Source of the DNA: an uncultured Holophagales bacterium
GTDB lineage: Bacteria > Acidobacteriota > Thermoanaerobaculia > Multivoradales > UBA5704
Length of the DNA: 64,000 bases
Assembly (NCBI GenBank): GCA_963842525.1
Contig: CAWJGT010000030.1
Span: 32,001-96,000 of the forward strand
Direction of reading: 5' to 3'
Of this stretch, positions 47,459 to 56,541 are shown piece after piece. A program made the translations under genes and the position numbers. The stretch's first letter is position 1. Every line of letters begins with the position of its first letter. The notes beneath the pieces are model-generated. The model worked only from the letters and a program-made list of their open reading frames with translations, was not told where the DNA came from and made no database searches.

Positions 47459-49599
47459 GCGACCCGGCGGACTGGCCCGAGCGCAACGACGCCTTCCTCG
47501 CGGCGGCGCTCACCTGGCTGCGCCTGCGCCTGGAGCGGCTGGCCTGGAACGAGCCGCCGCTGGTGTTGCCGTCCGAGCCTGCATCCCAATCCGAGCCGGT
47601 CCAGCCGGCGCAGCCGTCGTTCAAGGACCGCTTCCGGCGGCGGTCGTCCGAGCCGGCGGGAGCCGCTCCGTCCAGGCCCCTGCTGGCGCTGCCTCCCGCG
47701 TCCGAGGCCGTGACCGAGGCCCAGATCGAGGAGGCGGCGCGGGCCATGGCCGCCGCCGAGGAGACCGAGCCGCCGCCCGCCTTGGTGATGCTGGCCCGGC
47801 GGTTCGGCCTGTCGCGCTTCGAGCGCGACGTGCTCCTCCTCTGTGCAGCGGTCGAGCTGGACACGCGGATTGCCCCGCTCTGCGCGCGCGCCCAGGACGA
47901 CCCGTCCCGCCCGTACCCCACTTTCGCCCTGGCCCTCACGCTGTTCGACGATCCGGCCTGGGACGTCCTCTCGCCGGAGCGTCCCCTGCGGCACTGGCGT
48001 TTGATCGAGATCAACCAGCCCGGGGCCCAACCGCTCACCACCAGCGCCCTGCGCGCCGACGAGCGGATCGTCAACGACCTCAAGGGCCTGAGGTATCTCG
48101 ACGACCGCCTGAGCCCGTTGCTCCTGCCGCTCGATCCGCCCGACGGGGAGCCGGGCCTTCCGCCCTCCCAGGCCGAGGTGGTCCGGCAGATCGTGCGCCG
48201 GCTGGAGCTGGCCACGCCGGGCCGGCGGCTTCCCGTGTTTCAGCTCCTCGGCTCGGACGCCGCGAGCAAACGGCTCGTGGCCTGGCACGCCGCGGCTTCC
48301 GTCGGCCTGCGCCTCTACCGGCTGCCGGTCGAGCTCATGCCCGCCCAGGTGGCCGATCTGGAGACCTTCACCCGGCTCGTCCAGCGGGAGAGCGCGCTCG
48401 CGCCGTTCGCCCTCTACCTCGACGCCCAGGATGTGGACAAGGGGGCGGAGGGGCAGGCGCCGCCGCTCGGCCGCTTCCTCGCGGGCGTCAACGGCGTCTA
48501 CTTCGTCGCCACCCAGGACGTTCGGCCGGGGCTGGGCGACACCACCGTGCCGGTGGACGTGGCCAAGCCGACTCCGGCCGAGCAGCGGCAGGCCTGGGAG
48601 GAGGCCTTGGGCGAGACTGCAGGAGACCTGCCGGAGCGGCTGGCCGGCCAGTTCAGCCTCGACCTCGGGACCCTGCGCCGCGTCGCCCGCACGGCCCAGG
48701 CTGAGGCCGCGGCCGAGGAGAGCGATCTGGGCGACCGCGTCTGGACCGCGGCCCTGGCGAGCACGCGTCCCCGCCTCGAAGGCCTGGCGCAACGCCTCGA
48801 TCCGCGGGCCACCTGGGACGACCTCGTCCTGCCGGCGCGGGAGCGGGATCTCCTGCGCCAGATCGGCGCCCAGGTCCGGCTGCGCAGCCGCGTGTACGAC
48901 GATTGGGGCTTCGCCGCCAAGCGCAACCGCGGCCTGGGCATCAGCGTCCTGTTCGCCGGCGAGAGCGGCACCGGCAAGACCATGGCCGCCGAAGTCCTCG
49001 CCAACGAGCTGCGCCTGGGCCTCTACCGGATCGATCTCTCGACCGTGGTGAGCAAATACATCGGCGAGACCGAGAAGAACCTGCGCCGCCTCTTCGACGC
49101 CGCCGAGGACGGCGGCGCCCTCCTCTTCTTCGACGAAGCCGACGCCCTCTTCGGCAAGCGCAGCGAAGTCAAGGACAGTCACGACCGCTACGCCAACATC
49201 GAGATCAACTACCTGCTCCAGAGGATCGAGTCCTACCGCGGCCTGGCGATCCTGGCGACCAATCTGAAGGACTCCCTGGACACGGCCTTCGTGCGCCGCC
49301 TGCGCTTCATTGTCGACTTTCCTGCGCAAGGCGAGGCCGAGCGCCGGGAGATCTGGAAGCGGATCTTCCCCGCGCAAACCGAGACCGAGCGCCTGGACTT
49401 CGACCGCCTGGCCCGCCTCGGTCTCAACGGCGGAGCGATCAACAACGTAGCGATCAACGCCGCCTTCCTGGCCGCCGAAGCCGGCACGCCGGTGACCATG
49501 CCGCTGGTCCTCGCCGCCGCCCGCACCGAGCTCCAGAAGATGGGGAGGCCGATCAACGAATCGGATTTCCGTTGGGCCCCTGTGGAGATTGTGGCATGA
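47455..49599 (+). CDS. eCIS AAA+ ATPase (Pvc15/Afp15-like)
   Basis: FGLSRFERDVLLL, WDDLVLP, LFAGESGTGKTMAAE, VVSKYIGETEKNL, FFDEADALFGKRSEVKDSHDRYAN. Confidence 0.93.
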   Translation: MSDPADWPERNDAFLAAALTWLRLRLERLAWNEPPLVLPSEPASQSEPVQPAQPSFKDRFRRRSSEPAGAAPSRPLLALPPASEAVTEAQIEEAARAMAAAEETEPPPALVMLARRFGLSRFERDVLLLCAAVELDTRIAPLCARAQDDPSRPYPTFALALTLFDDPAWDVLSPERPLRHWRLIEINQPGAQPLTTSALRADERIVNDLKGLRYLDDRLSPLLLPLDPPDGEPGLPPSQAEVVRQIVRRLELATPGRRLPVFQLLGSDAASKRLVAWHAAASVGLRLYRLPVELMPAQVADLETFTRLVQRESALAPFALYLDAQDVDKGAEGQAPPLGRFLAGVNGVYFVATQDVRPGLGDTTVPVDVAKPTPAEQRQAWEEALGETAGDLPERLAGQFSLDLGTLRRVARTAQAEAAAEESDLGDRVWTAALASTRPRLEGLAQRLDPRATWDDLVLPARERDLLRQIGAQVRLRSRVYDDWGFAAKRNRGLGISVLFAGESGTGKTMAAEVLANELRLGLYRIDLSTVVSKYIGETEKNLRRLFDAAEDGGALLFFDEADALFGKRSEVKDSHDRYANIEINYLLQRIESYRGLAILATNLKDSLDTAFVRRLRFIVDFPAQGEAERREIWKRIFPAQTETERLDFDRLARLGLNGGAINNVAINAAFLAAEAGTPVTMPLVLAAARTELQKMGRPINESDFRWAPVEIVA

Positions 49600-49853
49600 A
49601 CGTGAGCCTCCACATCGAGCGCTTGGTCCTGGAAGGGATCGATCTGCCGCACGCAGAGCGGCCGCTCCTGCAGGAGGCGCTCCAGGCGGAATTGGGACGG
49701 TTGCTCGCGGAGGGTGGGATAGGAGGCGACTTGGCGGCAGGTGTAATGGTGCCGGCCGTGCGAGCGAATGGTTTCGAGATGAGCGGGGAGGGCGGCCCGG
49801 TCCGGCTTGGGCAGCAGATCGCGGGGTCGGTGTATGGGGGGATTGGGCGATGA
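49596..49853 (+). CDS. Small eCIS-associated hypothetical protein
   Basis: MNVSLHIERLVLEG...LQAELGRLL...LGQQIAGSVYGGI; ATGA overlaps on both sides. Confidence 0.8.
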   Translation: MNVSLHIERLVLEGIDLPHAERPLLQEALQAELGRLLAEGGIGGDLAAGVMVPAVRANGFEMSGEGGPVRLGQQIAGSVYGGIGR

Positions 49854-50911
49854 GGCGAGAGGCAGCCGGGAACACGTCTCCGGGTTGGATGACCGCGACC
49901 GAGTCAGCCAGTCCTGAGCCGGCGCTTTGGCGCCATCGGCCGAGGTCGCCCTGGGGAAAGTCGATCGTACAGGAGGTTCTCGATTCTCCCGGACATCCTC
50001 TCGATCCTGGCACCCGCAACTTCATGCAGTCACGTTTCGACCATGACTTCAGCCATGTGCGTGTCCACAGCGACGACAAAGCGACGGAGGCAGCTCGCGC
50101 CGTAGGAGCTCTTGGTTTCACGGTGGGGCAAGACGTGGTTCTCGCAGCTGGCAGGTATGCGCCCTATCAGCAGGAGGGGCGACAACTACTGGCTCATGAG
50201 CTGGCACATGTCGTACAGCAGAGTTCGGCTTCGAACCTTTCCCCGGGAGAGCAACTCCGCACAGTGGCCAGTGAAGGCGCTCTGGAGAAGGAGGCAGATA
50301 TCAGTGCGTCCTGCCTGCCTCGAGCACAAGGGGTTGCGAGGAGTGTGATCCCGACATTTCCACATCCCACCACCCGGCTTGGGACGGTCGCTATCCAGAG
50401 GCGGCGCGAGGGAGAGGTCACCGATCCAGGAGCGAAGCGAGCGAAAGCCGCTGAGCAGTTGGTCGAGAAGCTCAAAGCGGCTGGAGCGGTCTACAAGCAA
50501 GAGCCACAGCGTGATTGGAATAATGAAAAGTTGTCGGATTGCTCCAAATTTGTGCAATGGGCGTTGGAGGCGTCGGGAGAGGGAGAGCTCTTTGGCAGAA
50601 AGAATGCCCGTACGTCGACGATGCGGGAAATCATCAGAAAGCTCTCAGTGGAGGACAAGGTTCCGTTCCGTCAGGCCGCTCCCAAGGTGGGAGACATCTT
50701 GATGTGGGATGGTCACGTCGGTATTGCCACAGAGGTAGTACAACGCAAGGATATTCAGTATTTGGTTTTCGCTCATATGGGCAGCTCCGGGCCAAGGTTG
50801 ATCGGTAAATCTGAATCTTCACAAGGGCCATCTTACTGGCTGAAAGCTAACGACTCGGCAAAGATCGATGGAATGGGCGCTGGCGCATTCTTGGGGTTTT
50901 GGACCCCTTAG
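49850..50911 (+). CDS. DUF4157 (eCIS core) protein with C-terminal NlpC/P60-like domain
   Basis: PGHPLD...FMQSRFDHDFSHVRVH...FTVGQDV...LLAHELAHVVQQ; C-terminal DCSKFV, GDILMWDGHVGI, FAHMG. Confidence 0.85.
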   Translation: MRREAAGNTSPGWMTATESASPEPALWRHRPRSPWGKSIVQEVLDSPGHPLDPGTRNFMQSRFDHDFSHVRVHSDDKATEAARAVGALGFTVGQDVVLAAGRYAPYQQEGRQLLAHELAHVVQQSSASNLSPGEQLRTVASEGALEKEADISASCLPRAQGVARSVIPTFPHPTTRLGTVAIQRRREGEVTDPGAKRAKAAEQLVEKLKAAGAVYKQEPQRDWNNEKLSDCSKFVQWALEASGEGELFGRKNARTSTMREIIRKLSVEDKVPFRQAAPKVGDILMWDGHVGIATEVVQRKDIQYLVFAHMGSSGPRLIGKSESSQGPSYWLKANDSAKIDGMGAGAFLGFWTP

Positions 50912-50931
50912 CAACCTGGAGGGATTTCGAA

Positions 50932-53133
50932 GTGAGCCGGCAAACGATCGTAGAGCCTCAAGCGAAGGTTGCGACTCGGATCCATGGAGGAGTGCTTCAG
51001 CGGAAGTGCGCTTGTGGCCAGCATACCAGTGGGGGAGAGTGCGAGGCCTGCCGGAAGAAGACGCTCTTGCAGCCGAGGCTGGCGGTTCGCCAGCCCGGAG
51101 ATTCCTTCGAGCAGGAGGCAGACCGGATCGCCGAGGCGGTGTCGGACGGGCGCCTGCGGACGCCGGCGATCTCCCTGCGCCTCGGCGATGCACGGCCGGT
51201 CTCGCGCAAAGAGACGGATGAGAGAGGTCCGGCAGATGCCCCGCCGCTCGTCGAGCAGGCGCTGAGCGCTCCAGGCCGTGCGCTTGCCCCTTCCGCCCGC
51301 AGCTTCATGGAGCGGCGCACAGGCCACGACTTCAGCCGGGTCCGGGTGCACACCGATGCGTTGGCCGGGCAGTCGGCGCGAGAGGTCGGCGCCCTGGCCT
51401 ACACCGTGGGTCGGGACATCGTGTTCGCTGCCGGACAGTACGCTCCCGAAACGCCGATCGGGCGCAAGCTGATTGCGCACGAGCTCGTCCATGTGGTTCA
51501 ACAGAGCGAGTCTCGCTCTCCGGTCGTACAGCGAATCGGCTTCTTTGAGAATATCGGCGTTCTCTTTGGCTTGGTCGAAGGCGATTATAGCGAGCCGGAG
51601 CTGCGCGCATACCTGGGGAAGATTGTAGCGAACCAGAGGATCGAAGGTGACTACGACTCTGACAACAAGGCGCGGGATGTCGTCCGCAAGTGGAAGGCGG
51701 GTAAGCTGGATCTCGAGCTCTTCCCCTTGACGAAGCGGCTTCTCATCCAGGAGATGCAGGATGGCGTGGTCACGGACGTGGACCGGGCCGGCATCTCGAC
51801 ACTTCTCGAAAGCGCGAACCGGCGCGACCTGCTGGAGATCTTTGGGGCGGGCAGAGTCGATCCCAAGCAGCTCCTCAAGGACTTCGACAGCGGCACCTAC
51901 AAACAGTGGCTCGAATCTTTCCTCAACCGACGGTTCAAGGACGGCAAGGAAGCCGTCCTGCAAGGAGGAAAGATCGAGCCCTTGGGAGGAGTCGAGCTGA
52001 AGGCGATGAGCCCCGAGAAGCGCCGGGATTTCATCGAAAAGCATTTCGAGAAGGGTGACCGCGCGTTCGCCCGGCAGATCCTCGACGATCTCGCGGAGTC
52101 CGTTGATCTTCTCGACTTCTCGGACGAAGCAGAGCTGGCCACCGAGATCGAAAAGCGGATGCGGACGACCCGTCTGATGCAGGAGACCCAGAAGCTGTTC
52201 GGGCGCGCATTCGAGTATCCGAACAAGCCAGCGGCGAAAGCATGCCTCCCGGAGAACAAGGGTAAGCCCTTGCATGAGCAGAAGCCGTACCCGCGGGTGA
52301 ACAAGAAGGCGGAGAGTTTCTGGGGGCCTGTAAAGGAGGGCTCCCCTGTGCCGGGATGGCAGTCTTCTTATTACTTCGAGCTCAGCGAAGATGGAAAGAA
52401 GAATGCCTACCAGGCGCTCAGCGAGCTCTTCATTCCGCAGGACAGCATTTGTAAGATGACACTGATCCATTGCGACTATCTGGCTTCCGTGGTTCATCTC
52501 CGAGCTTTCGCGGAAACCCTCGGCGTCGAGAAGTTCAACGACAGAGTCCGCAGGGGCGTGATTGACATGAAGCTGACCTACTATGGCTTCGCCTATCTCG
52601 AGCCGAGTCTGGCGCGCTATCGCCAAGGGCTCTCACTGCAAGAGGTTCGCCCGTCGACCGAAGCAGACCTTGTCATCGGCGACCATGTGATCTTCTGGAA
52701 CCACAGAACATACGATCTGATCAACGAAGTGTTCCGCAACGCATGGCGGCTCGAGAATGCGATCCTGACCGAGCGCAAGGGAGGCGTGGACTTTTTCCTC
52801 GGCCATGGCTCCGGGAGGCAAACCAAGGAAAGCATGAAGGAGATACTGGCCAAGGAGTACAACGAAGTTGCCAGCGAAGCGAAAACTGAAGCCGCCAAGA
52901 CGAAATCCAAAAACCCGCAGGTCGCAGAGAGCGCGCGGAAGGCGATGAAGGAGAAATTCCCTCGAATTCAGGAAAAGGAGGGAGAGTGGAGAATCACGGG
53001 CACAGCCCACCAGAAGACGTTCGACCAGCCTTTGAAAATTATCACGCCCCAGGACCCCGAGCTGCTCGGTTTGCGGGATCCTGACGATCCTTCAAAGATG
53101 AACTGGGTCAAAAGACCTATCGAGTCGAGATGA
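50932..53133 (+). CDS. DUF4157 (eCIS core) protein with C-terminal Tgl-like transglutaminase domain
   Basis: RBS GGAGG + GTG; LQRKCACG..GECEAC, EQEADRIA, HDFSRVRVH, LIAHELVHVVQQ; C-terminal HCDY...LGVEKFN, GDHVIFWN, WRLENAI, FLGHG. Confidence 0.82.
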   Translation: MSRQTIVEPQAKVATRIHGGVLQRKCACGQHTSGGECEACRKKTLLQPRLAVRQPGDSFEQEADRIAEAVSDGRLRTPAISLRLGDARPVSRKETDERGPADAPPLVEQALSAPGRALAPSARSFMERRTGHDFSRVRVHTDALAGQSAREVGALAYTVGRDIVFAAGQYAPETPIGRKLIAHELVHVVQQSESRSPVVQRIGFFENIGVLFGLVEGDYSEPELRAYLGKIVANQRIEGDYDSDNKARDVVRKWKAGKLDLELFPLTKRLLIQEMQDGVVTDVDRAGISTLLESANRRDLLEIFGAGRVDPKQLLKDFDSGTYKQWLESFLNRRFKDGKEAVLQGGKIEPLGGVELKAMSPEKRRDFIEKHFEKGDRAFARQILDDLAESVDLLDFSDEAELATEIEKRMRTTRLMQETQKLFGRAFEYPNKPAAKACLPENKGKPLHEQKPYPRVNKKAESFWGPVKEGSPVPGWQSSYYFELSEDGKKNAYQALSELFIPQDSICKMTLIHCDYLASVVHLRAFAETLGVEKFNDRVRRGVIDMKLTYYGFAYLEPSLARYRQGLSLQEVRPSTEADLVIGDHVIFWNHRTYDLINEVFRNAWRLENAILTERKGGVDFFLGHGSGRQTKESMKEILAKEYNEVASEAKTEAAKTKSKNPQVAESARKAMKEKFPRIQEKEGEWRITGTAHQKTFDQPLKIITPQDPELLGLRDPDDPSKMNWVKRPIESR

Positions 53134-53792
53134 CTACCTTCCCCCGCTCCCCGCGTCTCCTCAAAGGCGGCCTCGTGCTGATCGATCCGACCACGGCGGC
53201 CGTGCAGCGGATCATCGTGCTCCAGTACAACCCGGACACGCTCTCCCGCACGCTCCAGGTGCAGGCGGTGGGAGAGGGAAGCGACCGGTCGGAGGCGCTG
53301 CGCCTCAAGGCTCCTCCGGTCGAGACCATCAAGTTGGACGCCGAGATCGATGTGACGGATCAGCTCGAGCTGCCGGAGCAGGGGCAGAACCGCGTGGCCG
53401 CGGAGCTTGGGCTCCATCCGCAACTGGCGGCCCTTGAAACGATCATCTATCCCTCAAGCCGGCAGGTGCTCGACAACCACCGACTGGCGCAGTCGGGCAC
53501 CCTCGAGATCGCGCCGATGGAGGCTCCGCTCGTGCTCTTCATCTGGAGCAAGACGCGCATCCTGCCGGTACGGCTGACTGATTTCAGCGTCACCGAGGAG
53601 GCGTTCGATCCGAGCCTCAATCCGATCCGCGCCAAGGTAAGCCTGGGCCTCCGGGTGCTCAACGTCAATGACCTGGGCTTCTCTCACAAAGGCGGCAGCC
53701 TGTTCATGACCTACCTCCAGCAGAAGGAGCAGCTCGCCACGAAGATCGCCGGCGGCAGCTTCGGCACGCTGGGCATCGGAGGCATTCCATGA
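53130..53792 (+). CDS. CIS tube-initiator-like protein (Afp7 N-terminal part)
   Basis: VLQYNPDTLSR, PLVLFIW, PVRLTDFSVTEEAFDPSLNPIRAKVSLGL. Confidence 0.8.
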   Translation: MTTFPRSPRLLKGGLVLIDPTTAAVQRIIVLQYNPDTLSRTLQVQAVGEGSDRSEALRLKAPPVETIKLDAEIDVTDQLELPEQGQNRVAAELGLHPQLAALETIIYPSSRQVLDNHRLAQSGTLEIAPMEAPLVLFIWSKTRILPVRLTDFSVTEEAFDPSLNPIRAKVSLGLRVLNVNDLGFSHKGGSLFMTYLQQKEQLATKIAGGSFGTLGIGGIP

Positions 53793-54151
53793 CCGATCCA
53801 CTCCAGAGGCTGCTCCAGGGCCTCCCTCTGTCGGCCACGCTCTTTCCGCCGAGCAGCCGCTACAGCGGGATCGAAACGGTGAAGCTGGTGACGGCGGAGG
53901 GCGAGGAGATCATCTATCTGCGGCGGCGGTTCGTGCCGCAGCCGGAACGGTTCGCGCTGCTCCGCGAGCACGTAGTCGTGCAGGGCGACCGGCTGGACAA
54001 TGTGGCCGCCCAGCACCTGGGCGATCCGGAGCTCTTCTGGCGCATCTGCGACGCCAACCGCGCGTTGCGGCCGGATGAGCTGATCGAGGTGATCGGACGG
54101 CACTTACGCATCACATTACCAGAAGGCCTGCAGGGCGGAATCGATGTCTAA
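53789..54151 (+). CDS. LysM-domain baseplate protein
   Basis: SRY...HVVVQGDRLDNVAAQHLGDPELFWRICDAN. Confidence 0.88.
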   Translation: MTDPLQRLLQGLPLSATLFPPSSRYSGIETVKLVTAEGEEIIYLRRRFVPQPERFALLREHVVVQGDRLDNVAAQHLGDPELFWRICDANRALRPDELIEVIGRHLRITLPEGLQGGIDV

Positions 54152-55277
54152 CGGTCTCTATCTGACGCTGATGATCGGCCCGATGGTGCCGGTGCCGGTG
54201 GGGCAGGACGTGATCGATGCCTTGACCAGTGCACAGGTGACCGTCACGGCGGGGCGCGGATCGCAAAGCGGCTTTCAGCTCACGTTCAACCTGGGCAAGC
54301 GGTCACCGCTTGAAACCCTGTTTCTGCTGGCGGGTGGCTCGATGCCCCCGGTCATCCGCGTCATCCTGGTGGCTACGGTGAACGGCACTCCCGAGGTGCT
54401 GATGGATGGTGTGGTCACGCGGACCGACACCAAGCCGGGCGGCGGCGGAGCGCCCACGACTCTCACCGTCACAGGAGTCGACCTGACCGCCGCCATGGAC
54501 TGGATCGACTTCGACGGCTTCCCATTCCCAGCCATGCCGCCGGAAGCGCGCGTCGTGCTGATCCTGGCGAAATATGCGATGTTCGGGATCATCCCCATGG
54601 TGATCCCCAGCGTCTTGATCGACATACCCATCCCGATCGAGCGCATCCCGCGCCAGCAAGGTACGGATTATCAATACATCACCCAGCTCGCGGACGAGGT
54701 CGGCTATGTCTTCTACATCAAGCCGGGTCCGGCCCCGGGCACGAATTTCGGCTATTGGGGGCCGGAGGTCAAGGTCGGCAAGCCGCAGCCGGCGCTCAAT
54801 ATCGACATGGACGCCCATACCAACGTCGAGTCGCTGACCTTCAATTTCAGCGGCGAGAGCGCCGAGCTTCCGATTCTCATGATCCATGAGCCAATGAGCA
54901 AGGCGATCATCCCCATCCCCGTCCCTGCCATCACGCCGCTCAATCCGCCCCTGGGTGCGGTGCCGCCGCTTCCCAAGAGGATCCGGTTCATCACGGGCAC
55001 GGCAAAGCTCGGTCCGGTTCGTGCGGCCTTGATCGGACTGGCGAAGGCGGCGCAATCGAGCGATGCGGTCTCGGCTTCCGGGTCTCTCGACGTCCTCCGC
55101 TATGGCCGGCCCTTGCGCGCCCGCGAGCTGGTGGGGGTACGCGGTGCCGGGACCGCCTTCGATGGTCTTTATTACGTCAAGAGCGTGACGCATGACATCA
55201 AGCGGGGCGAGTACAAGCAGAGCTTCACGCTCACCCGCAATGGCCTCATCTCAACGATTCCCAGGGTACCAGCATGA
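54144..55277 (+). CDS. Baseplate hub (gp27/GpD-like; N-terminal part of VgrG/Afp8)
   Basis: SGFQLTF, LMDGVVT, LTVTGVD, TDYQYITQLADEVGYVFY, VGVRGAG..FDGLYYVKSVTH; precedes the spike gene. Confidence 0.8.
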   Translation: MSNGLYLTLMIGPMVPVPVGQDVIDALTSAQVTVTAGRGSQSGFQLTFNLGKRSPLETLFLLAGGSMPPVIRVILVATVNGTPEVLMDGVVTRTDTKPGGGGAPTTLTVTGVDLTAAMDWIDFDGFPFPAMPPEARVVLILAKYAMFGIIPMVIPSVLIDIPIPIERIPRQQGTDYQYITQLADEVGYVFYIKPGPAPGTNFGYWGPEVKVGKPQPALNIDMDAHTNVESLTFNFSGESAELPILMIHEPMSKAIIPIPVPAITPLNPPLGAVPPLPKRIRFITGTAKLGPVRAALIGLAKAAQSSDAVSASGSLDVLRYGRPLRARELVGVRGAGTAFDGLYYVKSVTHDIKRGEYKQSFTLTRNGLISTIPRVPA

Positions 55278-55834
55278 GCGAAGGGAAAAAGTTCTACGGC
55301 AAGTATCGCGGCACGGTGGTCAACAACATCGATCCCATGCAGATCGGGCGCATCCAGGTCATCGTGCCTGACGTCTCGAATGTCATTCCGACGAGTTGGG
55401 CGATGCCGTGCGTGCCGATCGCCGGCAAGCAGATGGGGACGTTTATGCTGCCGCAGATTGGCGCCGGTGTCTGGGTGGAGTTCGAGCAGGGCGACCCGGA
55501 CTACCCGATCTGGGTCGGCGGCTTCTGGGGGATTGTTGCGGAGGTCCCGCCAGCCGCGCTCATACCGCCACCCATTCCTCCGGGCGGGAGCATCGTCCTG
55601 CAGACGACGCTGCAGCATTCGGTGGTCATCAGCGATGCGCCGCCGCTTCCGGCCATGGTGCCAGTACCCGCTCCAGCCCCGCCAGGAACGGGTGGCGTGA
55701 TCCTGCGAAGCCCGACGGGGGCGATGATCGTTGTGAACGATACCGGCATCTACATCAACAACGGTAAGGGCGCTTCGATCGAGCTCGTGGGACCGAGCGT
55801 CATGATCAACAAGGTCGCCCTGGTGGTGGTCTAG
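55274..55834 (+). CDS. Baseplate spike (gp5/GpV OB-fold)
   Basis: FYGKYRGTVVNNIDP..IGRIQVIVP, WAMPC, LPQIGAGVWVEFEQGDPDYPIWVG. Confidence 0.92.
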   Translation: MSEGKKFYGKYRGTVVNNIDPMQIGRIQVIVPDVSNVIPTSWAMPCVPIAGKQMGTFMLPQIGAGVWVEFEQGDPDYPIWVGGFWGIVAEVPPAALIPPPIPPGGSIVLQTTLQHSVVISDAPPLPAMVPVPAPAPPGTGGVILRSPTGAMIVVNDTGIYINNGKGASIELVGPSVMINKVALVVV

Positions 55835-55849
55835 AAAGGAAGGTGAGCC

Positions 55850-56173
55850 ATGCCGGGCTTTCTGCTGCACGTAGGCGCCACGGTGCTCTGCTCGCATGGC
55901 GGGCAGGCACAGCCGACAGTGCCCAATCCGCGCGTTCTCGTGAGCGGCCAGCCGACGGTAACGCTGACGGCTCCCTATGTGGTCGCCGGTTGCGCCTTGC
56001 CGCCGCCGCCCACTGCCAACGGACCCTGTGTGACTGCGCAGTGGCTTGTCGGCACGACGCGCGTCCTGTCGAACGGCCAGCCGTTGCTGGTCCAGAGCAG
56101 CCAGGCGATCTGCGTGCCGACCGGCACGCCGCTCATCATCACCGTCACCCAACCGCGTGTGAGCGCCATCTGA
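55850..56173 (+). CDS. PAAR-like spike tip (DUF4280-like)
   Basis: GATVLCSHGG, RVLVSGQP, GC..., PCVTAQW, RVLSNGQPLL, CVPTG; follows the spike gene. Confidence 0.8.
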   Translation: MPGFLLHVGATVLCSHGGQAQPTVPNPRVLVSGQPTVTLTAPYVVAGCALPPPPTANGPCVTAQWLVGTTRVLSNGQPLLVQSSQAICVPTGTPLIITVTQPRVSAI

Positions 56174-56181
56174 GGCCAGAG

Positions 56182-56541
56182 ATGGACATCGATTTTCCTT
56201 TCCATTTCGATGCCCTCGGCCGCACCGCCGCGACCGGCTATGACGATCACGTGCGCGACATGATCGTGCAGCTCCTGTTCACCAATCCCGGGGAGCGGGT
56301 CAACCGTCCGGATTTCGGCAGCGGGTTGCGCCAGCTCGTCTTCGCGCCCAACAGCCCGGAGCTCGCGGCGGCGCTCCAGTACACGGTGCAGGCGGCCCTC
56401 CAGCGCTGGCTGGGCGATGTGATCCAGGTGCTGGCCCTGGAGGTCGTGAGCGAGGATTCCACGCTGCGGATCACGATCGAATACGCGGTGCTGCGGACGG
56501 GCGAGACACGGACGGAAACGTTCGAGCGGAGGAGCGCATGA
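56182..56541 (+). CDS. GPW/gp25 baseplate protein (Afp9)
   Basis: IDFPF, LLFTNPGERVNRPDFGSGL. Confidence 0.92.
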   Translation: MDIDFPFHFDALGRTAATGYDDHVRDMIVQLLFTNPGERVNRPDFGSGLRQLVFAPNSPELAAALQYTVQAALQRWLGDVIQVLALEVVSEDSTLRITIEYAVLRTGETRTETFERRSA

